A DNA stretch of 64,000 bases, from NCBI GenBank assembly GCA_030704615.1, contig CM060732.1, positions 18,476,001 through 18,540,000 of the forward strand, given 5' to 3'. Position numbers and translations under genes: made by a program. The DNA comes from Takakia lepidozioides. Its lineage: Eukaryota; Plantae; Bryophyta. The notes under the pieces were generated by a model. It searched no databases. It was given only the letters and a program-made list of their open reading frames with translations, and was not told the DNA's origin. This document shows positions 37,901-50,710 of this stretch, in pieces (position 1 is the first letter of the stretch; every line of letters starts with the position of its first letter).

Positions 37901-39624
37901 GGCTGTTTCAGCACCTTGAGGGGCCGCCTATGGATAACTACCATGAGTTTAGGTGGGGAAATGAGGTGGAGATTGAGGAGTGGCGACAATATTGGTCACC
38001 TGACTATGTCTCCATCACTAGATGTACAAGGGCAGCAGCGATACCAGCAGCTACACCAACATCCCCAACTGCAGCACTAGTAGTGGGACAAGTGGTACAG
38101 GAGCTGGGAAATCCACTCAAGCTTCTGCTGCAGCATGAGCACCCGTGCCTGCCTTTAACCCAGTTGTGGAGTTATTCGAGGAGTTGAGGAGAAACTACCA
38201 GGGAATAAGGACAGAGAAGTTGCGGAGCTTGCAAGAGTTCCAGGGAGGCCTACTGAGAGTTTGAAGGAGGCTTACACGCGCATGAGGCGATTGGTAAATG
38301 TAACCCAAGGGGTTATAGAAGCTCAGGCAATCCAATTCTGGTATGGGAGATTGGATAAGGAGCTGAGAGAAGGGTGCGGGATGCAACTCTCCTACAAGTG
38401 GCCCAACCTACCTTAGCAAATGTGTTTTTGCTGGCAGAGCGGATAGAGCTCAATATGGTGGAGGAGCGAGTGGTCATGGTGGGATTTGGTAAGGAGACAC
38501 AATGAAGTGGGGCTCATAGCCAACAACAACCACTACCCCAACGTGCTCAAGGCAACAAGGGGGCTGAGGCAAAGCCCAGGGAAGGACAGAGAGGATCTCA
38601 GATGCAGAGGTCTCTCCCTTCATTCTCAGGCCAACAATAGTCGGTGTGTGACATGTTGGGATTGTGGAGGACCCCATGTTAAGAGAGATTGCCCTGAGAG
38701 AGGCAAAGGGCCGACACAGGTACAGCCTACACAACCACAGTATAGGCATTGTGGCAAGTATGGGCATGAGGAGCTCCATTGTTATGACTTGCATCCTAAG
38801 CTGTGGCCTGGCCAATTCCAAGAGAAAAATGGAGGCCGAGGACGGGGCAATGTGGTCTAGAGAGGTAGAAGAGGCAGAGGTCGTGGTGGAGGTCATAACC
38901 AAAACCAATGAGCACAGGGTCAAGTTCAAGGTCATGACCAAGGCATGGTGGATAGGCTTGCCCAGCTAGAGCAACGGCTTGCTGCCATGGCCATTACTCA
39001 TGTTGCGCCAGCCCAAGTGTGTCAGAGGTAGAGTCACGAGTGCCATTGGAGAGAGTTGGTGTGGCTCGGGAAATGCCAGTGGGTGGTGTTGCAAAGCAAG
39101 GTGCAGCCAGTACATTGTTGGGGGCGGCTACGGCAATTCGCCAAGCTCCATTGTTTTCTGCCACGACCATTACAATGTCGAGGATTCGGCCAGCTGCAGT
39201 ATTTAGACTGGCGGGTGAGAGTGATGATGCATCGGCACTATCTACGAGGATAGCGGATAAGGTGCAGTTCATGGATACCCTGGATTCAAGGGTGAAGACA
39301 ACCATAGCTGCGCCATGGCAAGCGGCAGCTGCAAGGTTGCAGGAGTTGCCAGCTAGACCAGCCATTGAGCGGAGTATGGTGACTCCTGGAGTAGTCTTGG
39401 TGGACAACCAGGATGGTGTGTTTCAGTTGGGTGGCCCAACCGGGAGGAGGTATAGGCCACTGCGGGTCTTGTTGGACTCGGGAGCACAGCCATTGATGTT
39501 GGAAAGAGCAGCAATTGTAGGCTTGGGCCTTATAGAGGCGGATTTGGAACCTTGTCATTTCCAAATTCAGACATCTTTGGGTGGTTCAAAGAAGGCGCGA
39601 GGGATTACACGCCATGAGCTCTTT
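34902..39624 (+). mobile_element. Degenerate sister copy of the Gypsy element (LTR-like start, leader, gag, protease), truncated by a CACTA insertion
   Basis: Near-identical peptides to ORF 2861 (LLWDTMEEMYGATK, MRNPQLFTPFMAWKG, VLLDSGAQP) with stops and frameshifts; starts TGTCA with patchy similarity to 10606-10932. Confidence 0.88.
36080..36830 (+). repeat. Two tandem arrays in the leader of the second Gypsy copy: ~20-bp GGATGAAA units (36080-36380) and ~62-bp GGGCTGTTTGGAGGACTATTGG units (36400-36830)
   Basis: Directly visible. Confidence 0.85.
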
Positions 39625-39842
39625 CACTACAAGGAATAGGTGTTTTTTGCACCCGACTCGCGGTTGCAATTCTGTCTGAAACGACTGCGCGTGGGACTCC
39701 AGGTTGCCATCGCAGTCGTTTTTATGCCACGCTGGCATAAAGGATGGAGTATACAAGTCACAGAAGTGAACTCCGGGGTTCACGCCGATTTATAGGCTAA
39801 TTTCCAAAAATCGGGAAAAACATATTTTTTATATTATCGACC

Positions 39843-40205
39843 CTATATCTTGGAAACAGGACCGCCCTGTCAAACAGGGTAAGCCCTGGGAGAAGAGAGT
39901 AGAAGAGATTTTCAAGGATCTGAATCTAGACCCGCAAGTCTTGACCTTGCTGGATAAACCTGACTTAGAGAGTGTAGTGTCCAAAGCCATGTCTGTTACC
40001 AGAAAATTGTCCGATGAAAATGAAGTTAGGAAGAAAACTTCCCTGAACCTGTTTCCAGTCTGTGACATGGGGGAGGACATCATGGATGCGCTCAAGAGTC
40101 TATCCCACTCTTGGCACCAGACCTAAATTTAAACTCAGGGCAGGAAGACTATCTTTGAACAGTAAACAGAAACAGAGAAGAAAATGAGAGTTCAATTTCC
40201 CTGAC
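39843..40205 (+). mobile_element. Fragment of the RTE-like LINE 3' half
   Basis: Near-identical to 46175-46550 and overlaps the C-terminal part of the LINE at 51691-54564. Confidence 0.8.
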
Positions 40206-41639
40206 GTACCTCTGTTGCTGCTGCTGCTGGTGCTTGAAGCGAGCAGGCGCGGCGAGCTGCTGCGGTGCTGTCGCGGCTGCCAGCGGCGCGGGTCCCCGCT
40301 GCTGCAGGGTGTCTCTCCCCCGCTCACCACGGCTCTCTCTCTCTCTCTTCAGCTCGTTAGGTCGCGCCTCTACGCGGCGTTCCTACCACACAGGGGAGAG
40401 AGACATCAGCCCGTACTTAGGGCAAGAAAGCAAGACAGAAAGTGAGGGAGGAGGCAGTGCTTAGCTTGGGCGTTGGAGCGGTGTTGGGGCAAACTCCTTG
40501 GGGCCTTGCGACCACCTCGGGCTCAGCAGCAGGTACGTTTCTCCTCCACCCTAAACCCTACTCTCTGCACTACCTCTCTCCCAAAGAACAAACAAAAACG
40601 GGAGGGGAAAGAGATGCTTCAAGCACTTGGGGAAAAAAAAAGGCGCGGCGCCTACATGCGACGCCCGGCCGTCGCACGCCTGCGCCCCGCCCTTTTTTGA
40701 GATGTCAAAATGATATTTGCGACGGCCGGCCGTCGTTGCTTGCGACCCCCGGCCCCATAAATTAAAAAAACACGTCGCCCCCCGCGACGACTTTCCGTCG
40801 CGGGGTGCGACCCCCAGGTAAAAAAATGAAAAAAACTCGCCGTCAAATGCGACGAGAGGGTGTGGCAGGAGGCGACGGCTAGCCTTTCTGGGTTTAGGGT
40901 TTAGGGCCTTTTGGGTTTCTTAGTTTTTATTTATTTATTTTCATATGATACTGGTTTAGGGTGTTTGCTTTTCTTTATGGTGCTGGGTTTTGGATTGGCG
41001 GTTTTGGTTGTGGGTCTTGGGGTTAAAAGGATAAACGGTGTAATTATGATTCACATACCCAAAATGTGGTTCAATCTGATAATCGCAAAGCGCTGGGTCT
41101 CAACAAAATTTTCCATGGTGTGGGCATCCTGAAGATAGAACGAGAGCAAGGATTTATTGTCTTGGGCTCTAGCACCATAGGGATGTTCCACATTTGGTTA
41201 CCAATTTTGAAAGCCCCGAGGCTGAGGCATAGGGTTTTTTTGCCAACGGTTTTTGAGAAATGAAAGTGTTGGTGGTGTGTGTTAATTAGGATGCGATGGT
41301 GAGGAAACATCGACCCGTCTAACTCGAGGATGGGGAGGTAGTACCACATATCGATTGTGGCCTTAGAGCGACCTTTTTTCGTGGTGAGGAGCCACCCATA
41401 GCACCTGATCCAATACAGGCTGCCGGGCACAATCGTAGGAAGGACCGGGGCCAAATTTCAGGTGATGCGGAGGATGTTGACACTCCGGGATTGAGTCAGG
41501 CGCGTCGCGGGTTGCCCCCTCGCGGGCCACCCTGTCCAACCACGTCCACCTTTGACCCCCCCTGACAGGATTGAGTATTGGTGCATTAAGTGTTAGGAAC
41601 GGATACCGCCGGGCGGCACCAGACCACCGAGGCGGCGAC

Positions 41640-42822
41640 CGCATGTTGTCGAAAAACATTACAAGAAGAACAAGATTGCGGATGCGGCGAAGGTAAGTGT
41701 TTTTCCCACCCCTTCCCAAGTGTTCACTACGCACATTGCAGCCACGACTTAATGCCCAAGCTCGCAATCACATTGCACAGGAGGCATTTCGCGCCGATCT
41801 ACTTGCAGAATTTGAGCCAGAGCATGCCAGTTGGTTCCCCCAGCAGCACGTAGATGAGATGCGTAGGGTCGAGGGATATCGTAGGTGTCGTAGGCGTTAT
41901 GGCCGGCGACGAACAGAACCCCCCCCCCCCCTCTAGTTTCCTCAGGCGGTCCCCCTGATTGTGGTCTCCCCCCCCCCCCCCCGCGTCTGTTTCTTTGCCT
42001 GATCCACCTCCGATAGTACCTGATCCCGACGTTGTACCCCCGGCTGCACCTCCGACATTGCATCCTCAACCACCTTCACTTTCATCTCCTCCGCCAGCAA
42101 TACCACCTCCACCTCCACCTCCACGTGCATGTGCCCCCTGAACCCCTAGAAGGGGTCGGCTTCGCCTTAGGTTTCCTCCCCTTCGGCTTGGGCGGCCTAA
42201 GCCGGATCCTCGCCCCCGATAAGAAGCGCATATGACTATGTTACTAAGGACCGTCCAGCCTCGTTGTTGGGGGAATCATCTCGACCCTCCCACCCCCATC
42301 CGAGAAAATGTAGAGTTCGAGTATTGGGGGAGATAGTATGTTGTGAGAGCCGCTACAGACCTTGCTATGGGTCGGGGTTTATTCACGGTCAATGCTATTG
42401 TGGTTCCTCCTCAGAGAAACAGCATGGTGGACTTGTTTCCCTACTACGGTCCATACTACACCCCCGCGGAGTTCCGTACATTACGCCTCGAAGCCCCATA
42501 CATCGTACCCTACATTTTGTGTGTCAACGGACAAGATGTACATACACAGGGGTTGTCTCCCATTGAGATCAGATTTTGTGATGGTGACCCCGACATCTTC
42601 GACAATATTGCTGGGCTGGTCAATAGTTCTTTTGGTCATCCTAGGAGAACCAATGTAGTATGGGACGAGCGAAGCGATGGGCATGAGAGCTTTTGTGGTC
42701 ATATGTCAGTATACTGTGAGGGGATGCACATGTTTGTGATGACATGTGCTAGTAGGACTATTAGGGCTGGCAACGAACTATTTGCATCATACGAGTTCTC
42801 CCGGGATGATTGGGACCTCTGA
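41640..42822 (+). pseudogene. Proline-rich, SET-domain ORF inside the CACTA element (SET about 42367-42800)
   Basis: GRGLFT..., LFPYYG, NIAGLVNSS..P..TN, ASRTIRAGNELFASY follow the SET motif order. The same frame extends upstream through a Pro-rich region broken by in-frame stops. Confidence 0.72.
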
Positions 42823-43899
42823 TTACAGCGTGAGTGGGATGTGTATGTTAGAAATAGGGTTCCTTTGAGACAGAGATCGCGTAGAGGGGCATTGTAGATA
42901 TTCTCATGATGTACTTTGTATACATCCGATTAATTGATTGATGTAAATTTTTTTCTTGTTGCTCGTGGGGGTTGCAACTTTGCATATGTGATCTAAACAT
43001 ACTTATGCACATGTGGACCAAATATGAGCTTGAACCAAGTTGATTCAATGGGTCATTCTAGTGTTGAACGCATCTACGTGTCATAGAGACGGAAAATTGT
43101 GTTTCGCCTACAGATGATTTTTTTTTTATTCCATTTTCAAACCATATGCTTAATGATAGCATATGCAATGTGCGTGCAAAATTTGGGAGTAAATAAAAGT
43201 CATTTGGACCATAACCAGATTTTGTTCTCTCATTTGCACTCCAAAGTTGAGTTATCTTCAACTTCATGCAATTATTCAGAGAGAGTTTTGCAAAAGTGAC
43301 CCTAGAAACACACTTATTTTTTTTTTCTATTTTCTTTTTGTCCCATTTTTTGCATGGATGTAGTAGTGCAAAGCCCGATGTCAAAGAACAAAATAGAGCT
43401 AAAAATAAAATCATTACGCCCCTCAAAACCGCAATAATATATTTTCTAAATACAAATATTTATTTTAAATTCATTTTAATTCGATTTAATTCAAAATTGG
43501 TGCAAGGGTGAGTGCGTCGTTGGGGAGGCAAATTATTATTATTATTATTATTATTAATTAAATTTTGTTTTTCTGCTGGATCTTTGTACAAGTGTTGCAC
43601 ACATATTTAAGCACATGTAGGAAAAAATGAAGCTTGAGCCACATCCGTTTGTTGGGTGCAATGGCATGAGATGATTTTCTTTCACATTAATAGACAAAAA
43701 TTGGTTGATAGGGTGAATGCGTCATGGGGGGGGCAAATGATTTTGTTTGGGTTTGAAACTTTGCATGCGTGTACGTTGCTCATATTCATATAATTATTGA
43801 ATGACATATTTGATGCACACACACATTGAAGGTTGTTGTTTGCATTTCGCTTATAATGAAGTGTATGGTTGCAATGACACATTATAATATATGTCCATA

Positions 43900-45960
43900 T
43901 GTTCACTTGTTCGTATCAGAACTTTGTCCATCCCTTCCCGGTCTTTTCTCTTGGCACCCCATCCGAAAACAACCCAAGTACATCAGGCGGGAGCCGTGGG
44001 CGAGACGCCGCCCCCACGGTACCGGACGACGATGATGATGACAGTGACAGTGACAGTGACAACAACAATGAGCATGGAATTAACCAGGAGGATGTGCAAG
44101 CCATGAAGGATCTCTTAATGCATCATGTGGGCGCTGATGCATCCCATGAAGAAGGAACCCGGCCAATCGATGATCCTGAAATGGCCCCCTCAAATGACAT
44201 GGAGAGGGAGGTGAGAACTCCCTTGTACGAATGGGCGAAAGTGAGTCGACTTTGAACAATCTTACTTTTGCTCAATCCAAATTCGATTTGGCATAAATAA
44301 TGTTGGGATGTCTGCCATAATGCGAACTATTGTAGACTATATCCTTGCTCCACACTTGAAACCCAAGATGCCACGGTTGCGGAAAGAGGTGCGTAAAGTC
44401 TTGGACTCTGTGGGGATGGGCTATAAGATTTTTCATGCATGTCCATGTGATTAAACCGTATACTACGGAGAGGATTCGCATCTCACCAAGTTCCCAAAGT
44501 GCAAGAAAGACCGATATCGGGATGATGTCCAAGGGAAAAAAGTACCACGCAAGGTATAAGCGTCATCCCCCCTCGCCTGGAGATTATTATTTTTATTCTT
44601 CTCAATGTATGTAAAGTGTATTCCACAAAGTTTAGGGTTTAGAGAGTAGTACTCATGCAAGATCTGATTGTGGTTTTGGAAGGAGTGAGTGAGGAGTGGA
44701 AGGAGCGACGTTCGGTTTTGACCATTCACACCCGAATGAGGGAGAAGCTGCATAAAGGGAAATGCATAATGGTGTTGTATTATGTGTGCTAATGGGATGA
44801 TTACATGTGGGGGACGTGGGGTATTTCATCCTAGAAAATGCATTACTTTCCGATCATTCCGCGATTGAGGGCACAGTACCGAAGCCCCGAATTGGCCAGA
44901 CTCATGAGATGGCACGCCTCGCAGAGCCCCCCGGAAAAGGTGTGCGGGCCACAAGATTCACAAGCATGGAGGCATATTGAAGAGATGTGGCCTTTTCTCT
45001 TGGAGGACCCACGACATGTCCACCTCGGTTTCTCCTCGGATGGGGTCAACCCATTCTCTGTCTAGTCATGTAGTCATTCCACTTGGCCGGTGACCATGGT
45101 GAATTACAACATCCCTCCATATATTTCAATTAAAAAATACCATATCATGTTGGCTGCCATTGTGCCAGGTGAGCGTACTCAATTCATGTTTGTTATTGCC
45201 TTAGACTTTACATTAAACTTCTGATCTCTGACGCAATTCGGATGCAAGATTGATGAGTGACATAATCATGGAGTAAGACGTGTAATTCATTTTGTAGTAT
45301 AATTTGCATATTGGTGGAGCATTGAAACAATGATGTGAATGTCTCATAGGGAAAAAACAAGTGGCAAACATGGACACGTACTTGCGACCTCTTGTTGATG
45401 AACTTAAGGAGCTATGGAGGGGGGGTCCGGAAATTGGATGCTTCACTTGACCCTATGGCCGGACAATCTTTTCAGATGATAGACATCTTGCTTTGGACAA
45501 TGCATGATTATCCAGGTATATTATGTTCCCCATGAACAACCCGCGTACATTCACTTGTCAATGCCGGATAATATCGATGAGGATTAGGATTTGATTGAAG
45601 TAGTGGCGACAGTCTTGTGCACCGTAGTGGGGTAGATGGCATTATGGGCCATGCACATGACAACTTTTTTTTTTTGCTAATATGGCGGGATGTGTAGTAC
45701 AGGACTAACTGTTTGCTCGGGGCTAAGCACCAAAGGGTACCATGCATGCTTGCATTGTGGCGATGATCTTGATGCACATAGCTCCCGCCATCTTCACAAG
45801 ATGGTGTATCCCAACTACCGCAAATTTCTTCCTATGAGCCATCGATGGAGAAGAAGAGAGAAACACTTGTTTGATGGCAAAGAGGAAGTACGTCCCCCCC
45901 CTATGACACCGTCCGGGCAATTTTGGGAGGACTGATGGAAGGAGGCCCATGCGGGCACAG
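43900..45960 (+). pseudogene. CACTA TnpD/Tnp2 (Transposase_21-like) transposase, intron-containing and decayed
   Basis: HYFPIIPRL, SSDGVNPF, STWPV..VNYNIPP, YLRPLVDELKELW, WTMHDYPG, SGLSTKGYHAC, YRKFLP..HRWR. Confidence 0.9.
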
Positions 45961-46084
45961 ACGGTGAAGTGGACGTGCTCGATGCATGCATGTGATATTG
46001 CACATTTGGTATGCGTTGCATTGTCACTTTCACTCCCTCTCTCTGTCCCTCTCTGTCCATCTCTCCCTCTCTTCTGTCTTGCTC

Positions 46085-46855
46085 TCTTTTAAGCTCCCGA
46101 TGAGATAAATTCAAGTCAGATGGTGGGTTCATGTGCAACATATGTCCAACACCAGATATCCTAAGTTAATAGACTCTATATCTTGGAAACAGGACTGCCC
46201 TGTCAAACAGGCTAAGCCCTGGCAGAAGAGAGTAGAAGAGATTCTCAAGGATCTACATCTGGACCCACAAAGTCTTGACCTTGCTGGATAAACCTGACTT
46301 AGAGAGTGTAGTGTCCAAAGCCATGTCTGTTACCAGAAAATTGTCCGATGAAAATGAAGTTAGGAAGAAAACTTCCGGGCTGAACCTGTTTCCAGTCTGT
46401 GACATGGGGGAGGACATCATGGATGCGCCCAAGGGTCTATCCCACTCTTGGCATCAGACTGAAATTTAAACTCAGGGTAGGAAGCCTACCTTTGAACAGT
46501 AAACAGAAGCAGAGAGGAAATGGAGAGTGCAATTGCCCGTTGTGTGGGCAACCTGAAGACAATATTCATTTTCTGATGTCCGAGGTTCTCTCACCAAAGA
46601 GACGCTCTCTTCAAATCTATCAAGGGAATTATGCATGTACCTCTGTTTACTAACTTTGAAAGTCTCGAGGCTGAGCCAAAAGCCCAGCCCCTTCTGAGGC
46701 CTAGTTTTTGGGCAACTCACACACAACAGATTGATGCTTATGTGAAGGGATTTCTAGAGGATATCTGGAAAACCCGGATTAACTCTATATGTGAAGGTAA
46801 GTCTTACTACCAACGTCAGCCCCTGACAGAGATAGGATCTGTCCCTTTTGTTTCC
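46085..46855 (+). mobile_element. Fragment of the RTE-like LINE 3' half; a further piece lies at about 47645-47740
   Basis: RWWVHVQHMSNTRYPKLI (RWxGHVxRM-like) and CPLCGQPEDNIHF; matches 51760-52160 on the opposite strand. Confidence 0.82.
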
Positions 46856-48285
46856 CCAAGAGAGGGGGCAACAAAGAAAAAAAAAATGTGGGGGGGGGGG
46901 GGGGGGAGTGACTGAGCAGCAGCAGCTCCTCAGTCCCCCCCCCCAGCTTCTTTTCTTTCTTTTCTTTGTAACCCCCTGATGTCTCCCTCTCTCTCCCTCT
47001 CTCTCCCTCTGGAAACTGGGTTTATGGAATTGTTGTTCCAACTTCCATCCTTGAAAAAAATTGAAAAATTGGGTTGCAGGGAATTTATATGTTTTTCATC
47101 TAGAATACATTCTTTTTTTCCCAAGTGAGACATTTCTTCATTAATACCTGTGAGGTTTTGCTTCATCCGGACATCAACCCGGAATATACCGATTGCAAAA
47201 CTCCCGTCATTTTTTATTTTTTTTCAATCCAACCTGGATGAAACACACGATGTTTTTCATCTTCCGCGAATAAGAAACGGACAACGTCCGACGGGCGTAT
47301 GGGCTGGCGGATGTTTTTCATCCTAAGAAGGATGAATGACGAGCCGGACAGGGTGAAAGCCCTGCGCAACCCTAATGTCTTTCTTTTTGCGCTGCGAGAG
47401 TGCGCGCGATGGCCGCTTGGAGGTGGCGATGGTGCTCTTGCTGCAGATACCATGAGCTACCAATCCCTGGAGTGTTTAAGGCTCTTGTGAGCGCCGGCTC
47501 TGCAGGCTCTTTAAGGCGATGGCGGTGGCTTAGAGATGAGGGAAGATTCACTATCTCATTTGTCTATTTTTTTGCTGCACAAGGGAACAAAAGCAGTGAT
47601 GGCGGAGGTACCACCCTCTCTCTCCCTAGATCTCTTCTGTGCTGCTCTCTTTTAAGCTACCGACGAGATAAAATTCAAGGTCAGATGGTGGGTTCAGCTG
47701 CAACATATATCCAACACCAGATATCCTAAGTTAATCGACTCTGGGTGTTGCGTTATGCTTTACGGCTCTCTAGGAGGTTATTTTTTCTCCTTTGTATCCC
47801 CCCATTTTGTAACTCCCGGACGATTTATGTCCATATGATATAAAGTTTCATGAGGCCCCCGTCCCTCTAAATAAAAATTCCCTGAAAGCACTGAGAGCAT
47901 CCCCACCCTTCTCACTGAAATGAGGCAGCTACCGTGTGAGCAGAACCCGTGAGCACGCTCACGCTTTGCGTGGTAAACGTGAGCAAAATCCCTTAAGCGT
48001 GAGCAAATTAGTGAAGTGGAGTCTACAACCGAGGGGAAAAGATGGCCTATTGCCATGGACGCAAACTCCTCTCCATCGGACCGAAAACAGACAGCCTACA
48101 TGACGACAATGTAGTACGAATGTGCGATGAAAAGCTGCCGGATGAATGAATATGTGATGAATGAAAAAAAAAAAAAGGATGAACGTTGGATGAGTGTGGG
48201 ATGAAACATTGGCCTGATGAGTGAACCATGGATGACTGCAACAACATCTATCCTTACCGATCAGCATGTGCGTAACGAAACATGC

Positions 48286-49110
48286 ATTAAGCTGTCATCA
48301 ACGCTAGCTTAATTCGCAGCCCTTGTCAGCACATGACAATTCTACCCATGAAAGAAAGAAATAACTCCCCAGGAAAAAACCTTACCCATAAGCATTTATG
48401 TGCAGGGAAGCAAGCATTAAGGTGGCGTCAACGCCACCTTAATTCCGAGTAGGGGCACATGACATTTCAACACAGGGAAATAAAGCATTAGTGGTAAGCA
48501 TGTGTGTGCAGGGGTTGGGGATTGAGGTGTCGTCAACGCCATCTTAATTCCTAGCCCCTGTTGGCACATGAGAATTCAATCCAACAGAACAAATTAAAAC
48601 AAAAACCCAAAAATGTATGTGTTGTTGAGTTTAAATAAGTGTACTTTAACTTGGCAGAAGCTTAATTCCAGCCCAGAAGACCATCCAGATTAAGGTGTCG
48701 TCAACGACACCTTAATCTGGCACATTTGGGAAAAAAAATAAAAATAAAAATAAAAATCTGATTTTTTTTTGGGTTCCTGCTTTTTTGTTTTTTAATATCC
48801 TTCTGCTTAGAGGGTGGAGATTAAGCTGGCATCAATGCCATCTTAATCCAGACCCAGACAGACAGACATGGGTTTCTGCTTTTCTGTTTGTCAATTTCTT
48901 TGTGCTTAGAGGGGTGGAGATTAAGCTGGCGTCAACGCCATCTTAATCCAGACCTAGACAGATAGGTAGATAGACAGACAGGTACACAGACAGACACACA
49001 CACACACACACACAAATAGACGGTAGGACTTTAGTGGTTGTTTCTTTTCTGTTTTTCAATCCTTGAGCTTAGAGGGGTGGAGATTAAGCTGGCGTCAACA
49101 TCATCTTAAT
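48286..49110. repeat. Array of seven 28-bp palindromes ATTAAG(G/C)TG(G/T)CGT-CA-ACG(C/A)CA(C/T)CTTAAT
   Basis: Copies at 48286, 48416, 48521, 48689, 48820, 48920 and 49083. Confidence 0.9.
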
Positions 49111-49199
49111 CCAGACCCAGACAGGTAGCCATTACCATTGCCATGACTCTCTGTGATGTGGTCGAGCAAATTCACTCAGTGGAGATGGAACATAGGATG

Positions 49200-49620
49200 C
49201 AACATAGGAAGGTCACAGAAAGGGGTGCGACCGATCATGGTCACTTTCATTAGCCGAGTCAATGTATGTGCCAACCTTGGATACCTGGGGAAGGGCAAGC
49301 AAGTCCATGCTCATCTCATTCAAAAAGCAGGAATTGCATCATGCATCAGACAATATCACATTTATTCCACTTATTTCTGCTTGCAGTCATGTGGGACTAC
49401 TGGTCATGGTGGAGGTTCTTGGCCGCCCGGGGATATTGGATGAGGCAGGTGATTTGATTGTCAAACTACCAATGGACCCAAGCATGTTGGTGTAGGGAGC
49501 CTTGCTTCGTACCTGCAGACTTCATGGCAAAGTGGGGTTAGCACAACGTTGTGCATAAAGCCTTTCTAGAAAAGCATCCACAGGATGCCACAGCTTATGT
49601 GCACACTTTCCAAGTCATGA
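49200..49620 (+). pseudogene. PLS/E-class PPR gene fragment
   Basis: VTFISRVNVCANLGYLGKGKQVHA, ITFIPLISACSHVGL, MVEVLGRPGILDEA..IVKLPMDP...*GALLRTCRLHG. Confidence 0.85.
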
Positions 49621-50710
49621 TTCCTACTCAACACATAAGTATTTCTGCCAACAAAAACCATTGCGTCCCATGGGTATAAAAGCTGATGCGCCGAGAAGGA
49701 ATCCTCTTGTGAGATTGCTACAGACGAAACCTGTTGGCCATCGTACATGGAAAGCAGCATCGCCCCTTCTCTCCTCCAAAGCAATTTCTTCCCTCTTCAA
49801 GCCTTTTACCTTCCTTACGCGATAAGCGGATTGGAATCGACATTTTACATTTATCCACTCTACTTTCATTATCATATCACATTCATCCATCATTCATCCA
49901 CTCACCAATCTTATTGCCAAGCCTTAGTCATACTCCAAGAATACTAAGCTCCCATTTTCGAGATTTAAGCCCCGCGGCAATAGGGCTTCTAGGAGTCGAC
50001 GCACCGCGGTAATAGGCCCAACCCTAAATTCTAATTTTGAGGAATGTGAGCAGAATTCTACTCACATTATTTTCTGCTCACGGGTTCTGCTCACGGAATA
50101 GCAATCCCCCACTGAAATGGCCCCTCTACGTCCGCTTTGAAGAGGTTGGTTCATGACTCTCGAAAGGTGTGTGAAGGGGTCGGCTGCTCGTAGCCACACC
50201 CTTGCCCCTCGTTACGCCCTTGTATCCAATGTCCCCGCCTTGCTGGTGTTCCCAGCGACGTTCTCATACACTCTGACATGCTTCTCATAAGCTTCTCATA
50301 CGTGCCAGCACGCTCGGACATATCCATGGTCGGGAGGACTTGGTTGAGGGATGGGTTCAGGACGCTGAATATCGTGCATGTATTCAGTGAAAGAGAGGCG
50401 GTTCAGTGTCCGCCCTTAACGAAGTGGCAAGGGTGTGGTACAAGGGTGTGGTACGTTTGGAGGCAAATTACATCTATACGAGAAGTACAGGGGTGCAGGG
50501 GTCCATAGAGGCGTAGAGTGGGGATGCTCTGAGAGGCTCTTATTTACGCTAGCTCCGGCTGGCGTCGTATATATCTAACTTGGGCAGGCGTCGTCTCTCT
50601 GACATTATTCATCCATATTTAAACGACATTCCTCCACATTTCCGGATAAGGCTCTTGGGAACCGAAGTATGTAGTGTTGCGGGTCTCTTGAGGACGAGGG
50701 AAGGAAGAAG

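Larger units (their letters stand above)
39625..46000 (+). mobile_element. CACTA (En/Spm) transposon, decayed; right end not identified
   Basis: Starts CACTACAAG exactly where the Gypsy protease ORF breaks; TGCGACG/CGTCGC repeats at 40650-40880; Tnp2/TnpD transposase exons. Confidence 0.8.
47922..50109. mobile_element. Non-autonomous Mutator-like element (Pack-MULE)
   Basis: 9-bp TSD CACTGAAAT (47913-47921 and 50110-50118); TIRs share GTGAGCAGAACCCGTGAGCA; carries a PPR fragment. Confidence 0.85.
47895..50529. mobile_element. PIF/Harbinger (Tourist-like) MITE, about 440 bp, interrupted by the MULE, just upstream of rpl18
   Basis: TIR GAGCATCCCCA...TGGGGATGCTC with 3-bp TSD TGA. Confidence 0.8.

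Noticed and set aside
40890-40906. TTTAGGG pair as an interstitial telomere
   Set aside because: Only two units; at most a telo-box.
48286-49110. CRISPR-like array
   Set aside because: Spacers are long, variable and similar to each other, there are no cas genes, and the array lies inside a eukaryotic MULE.
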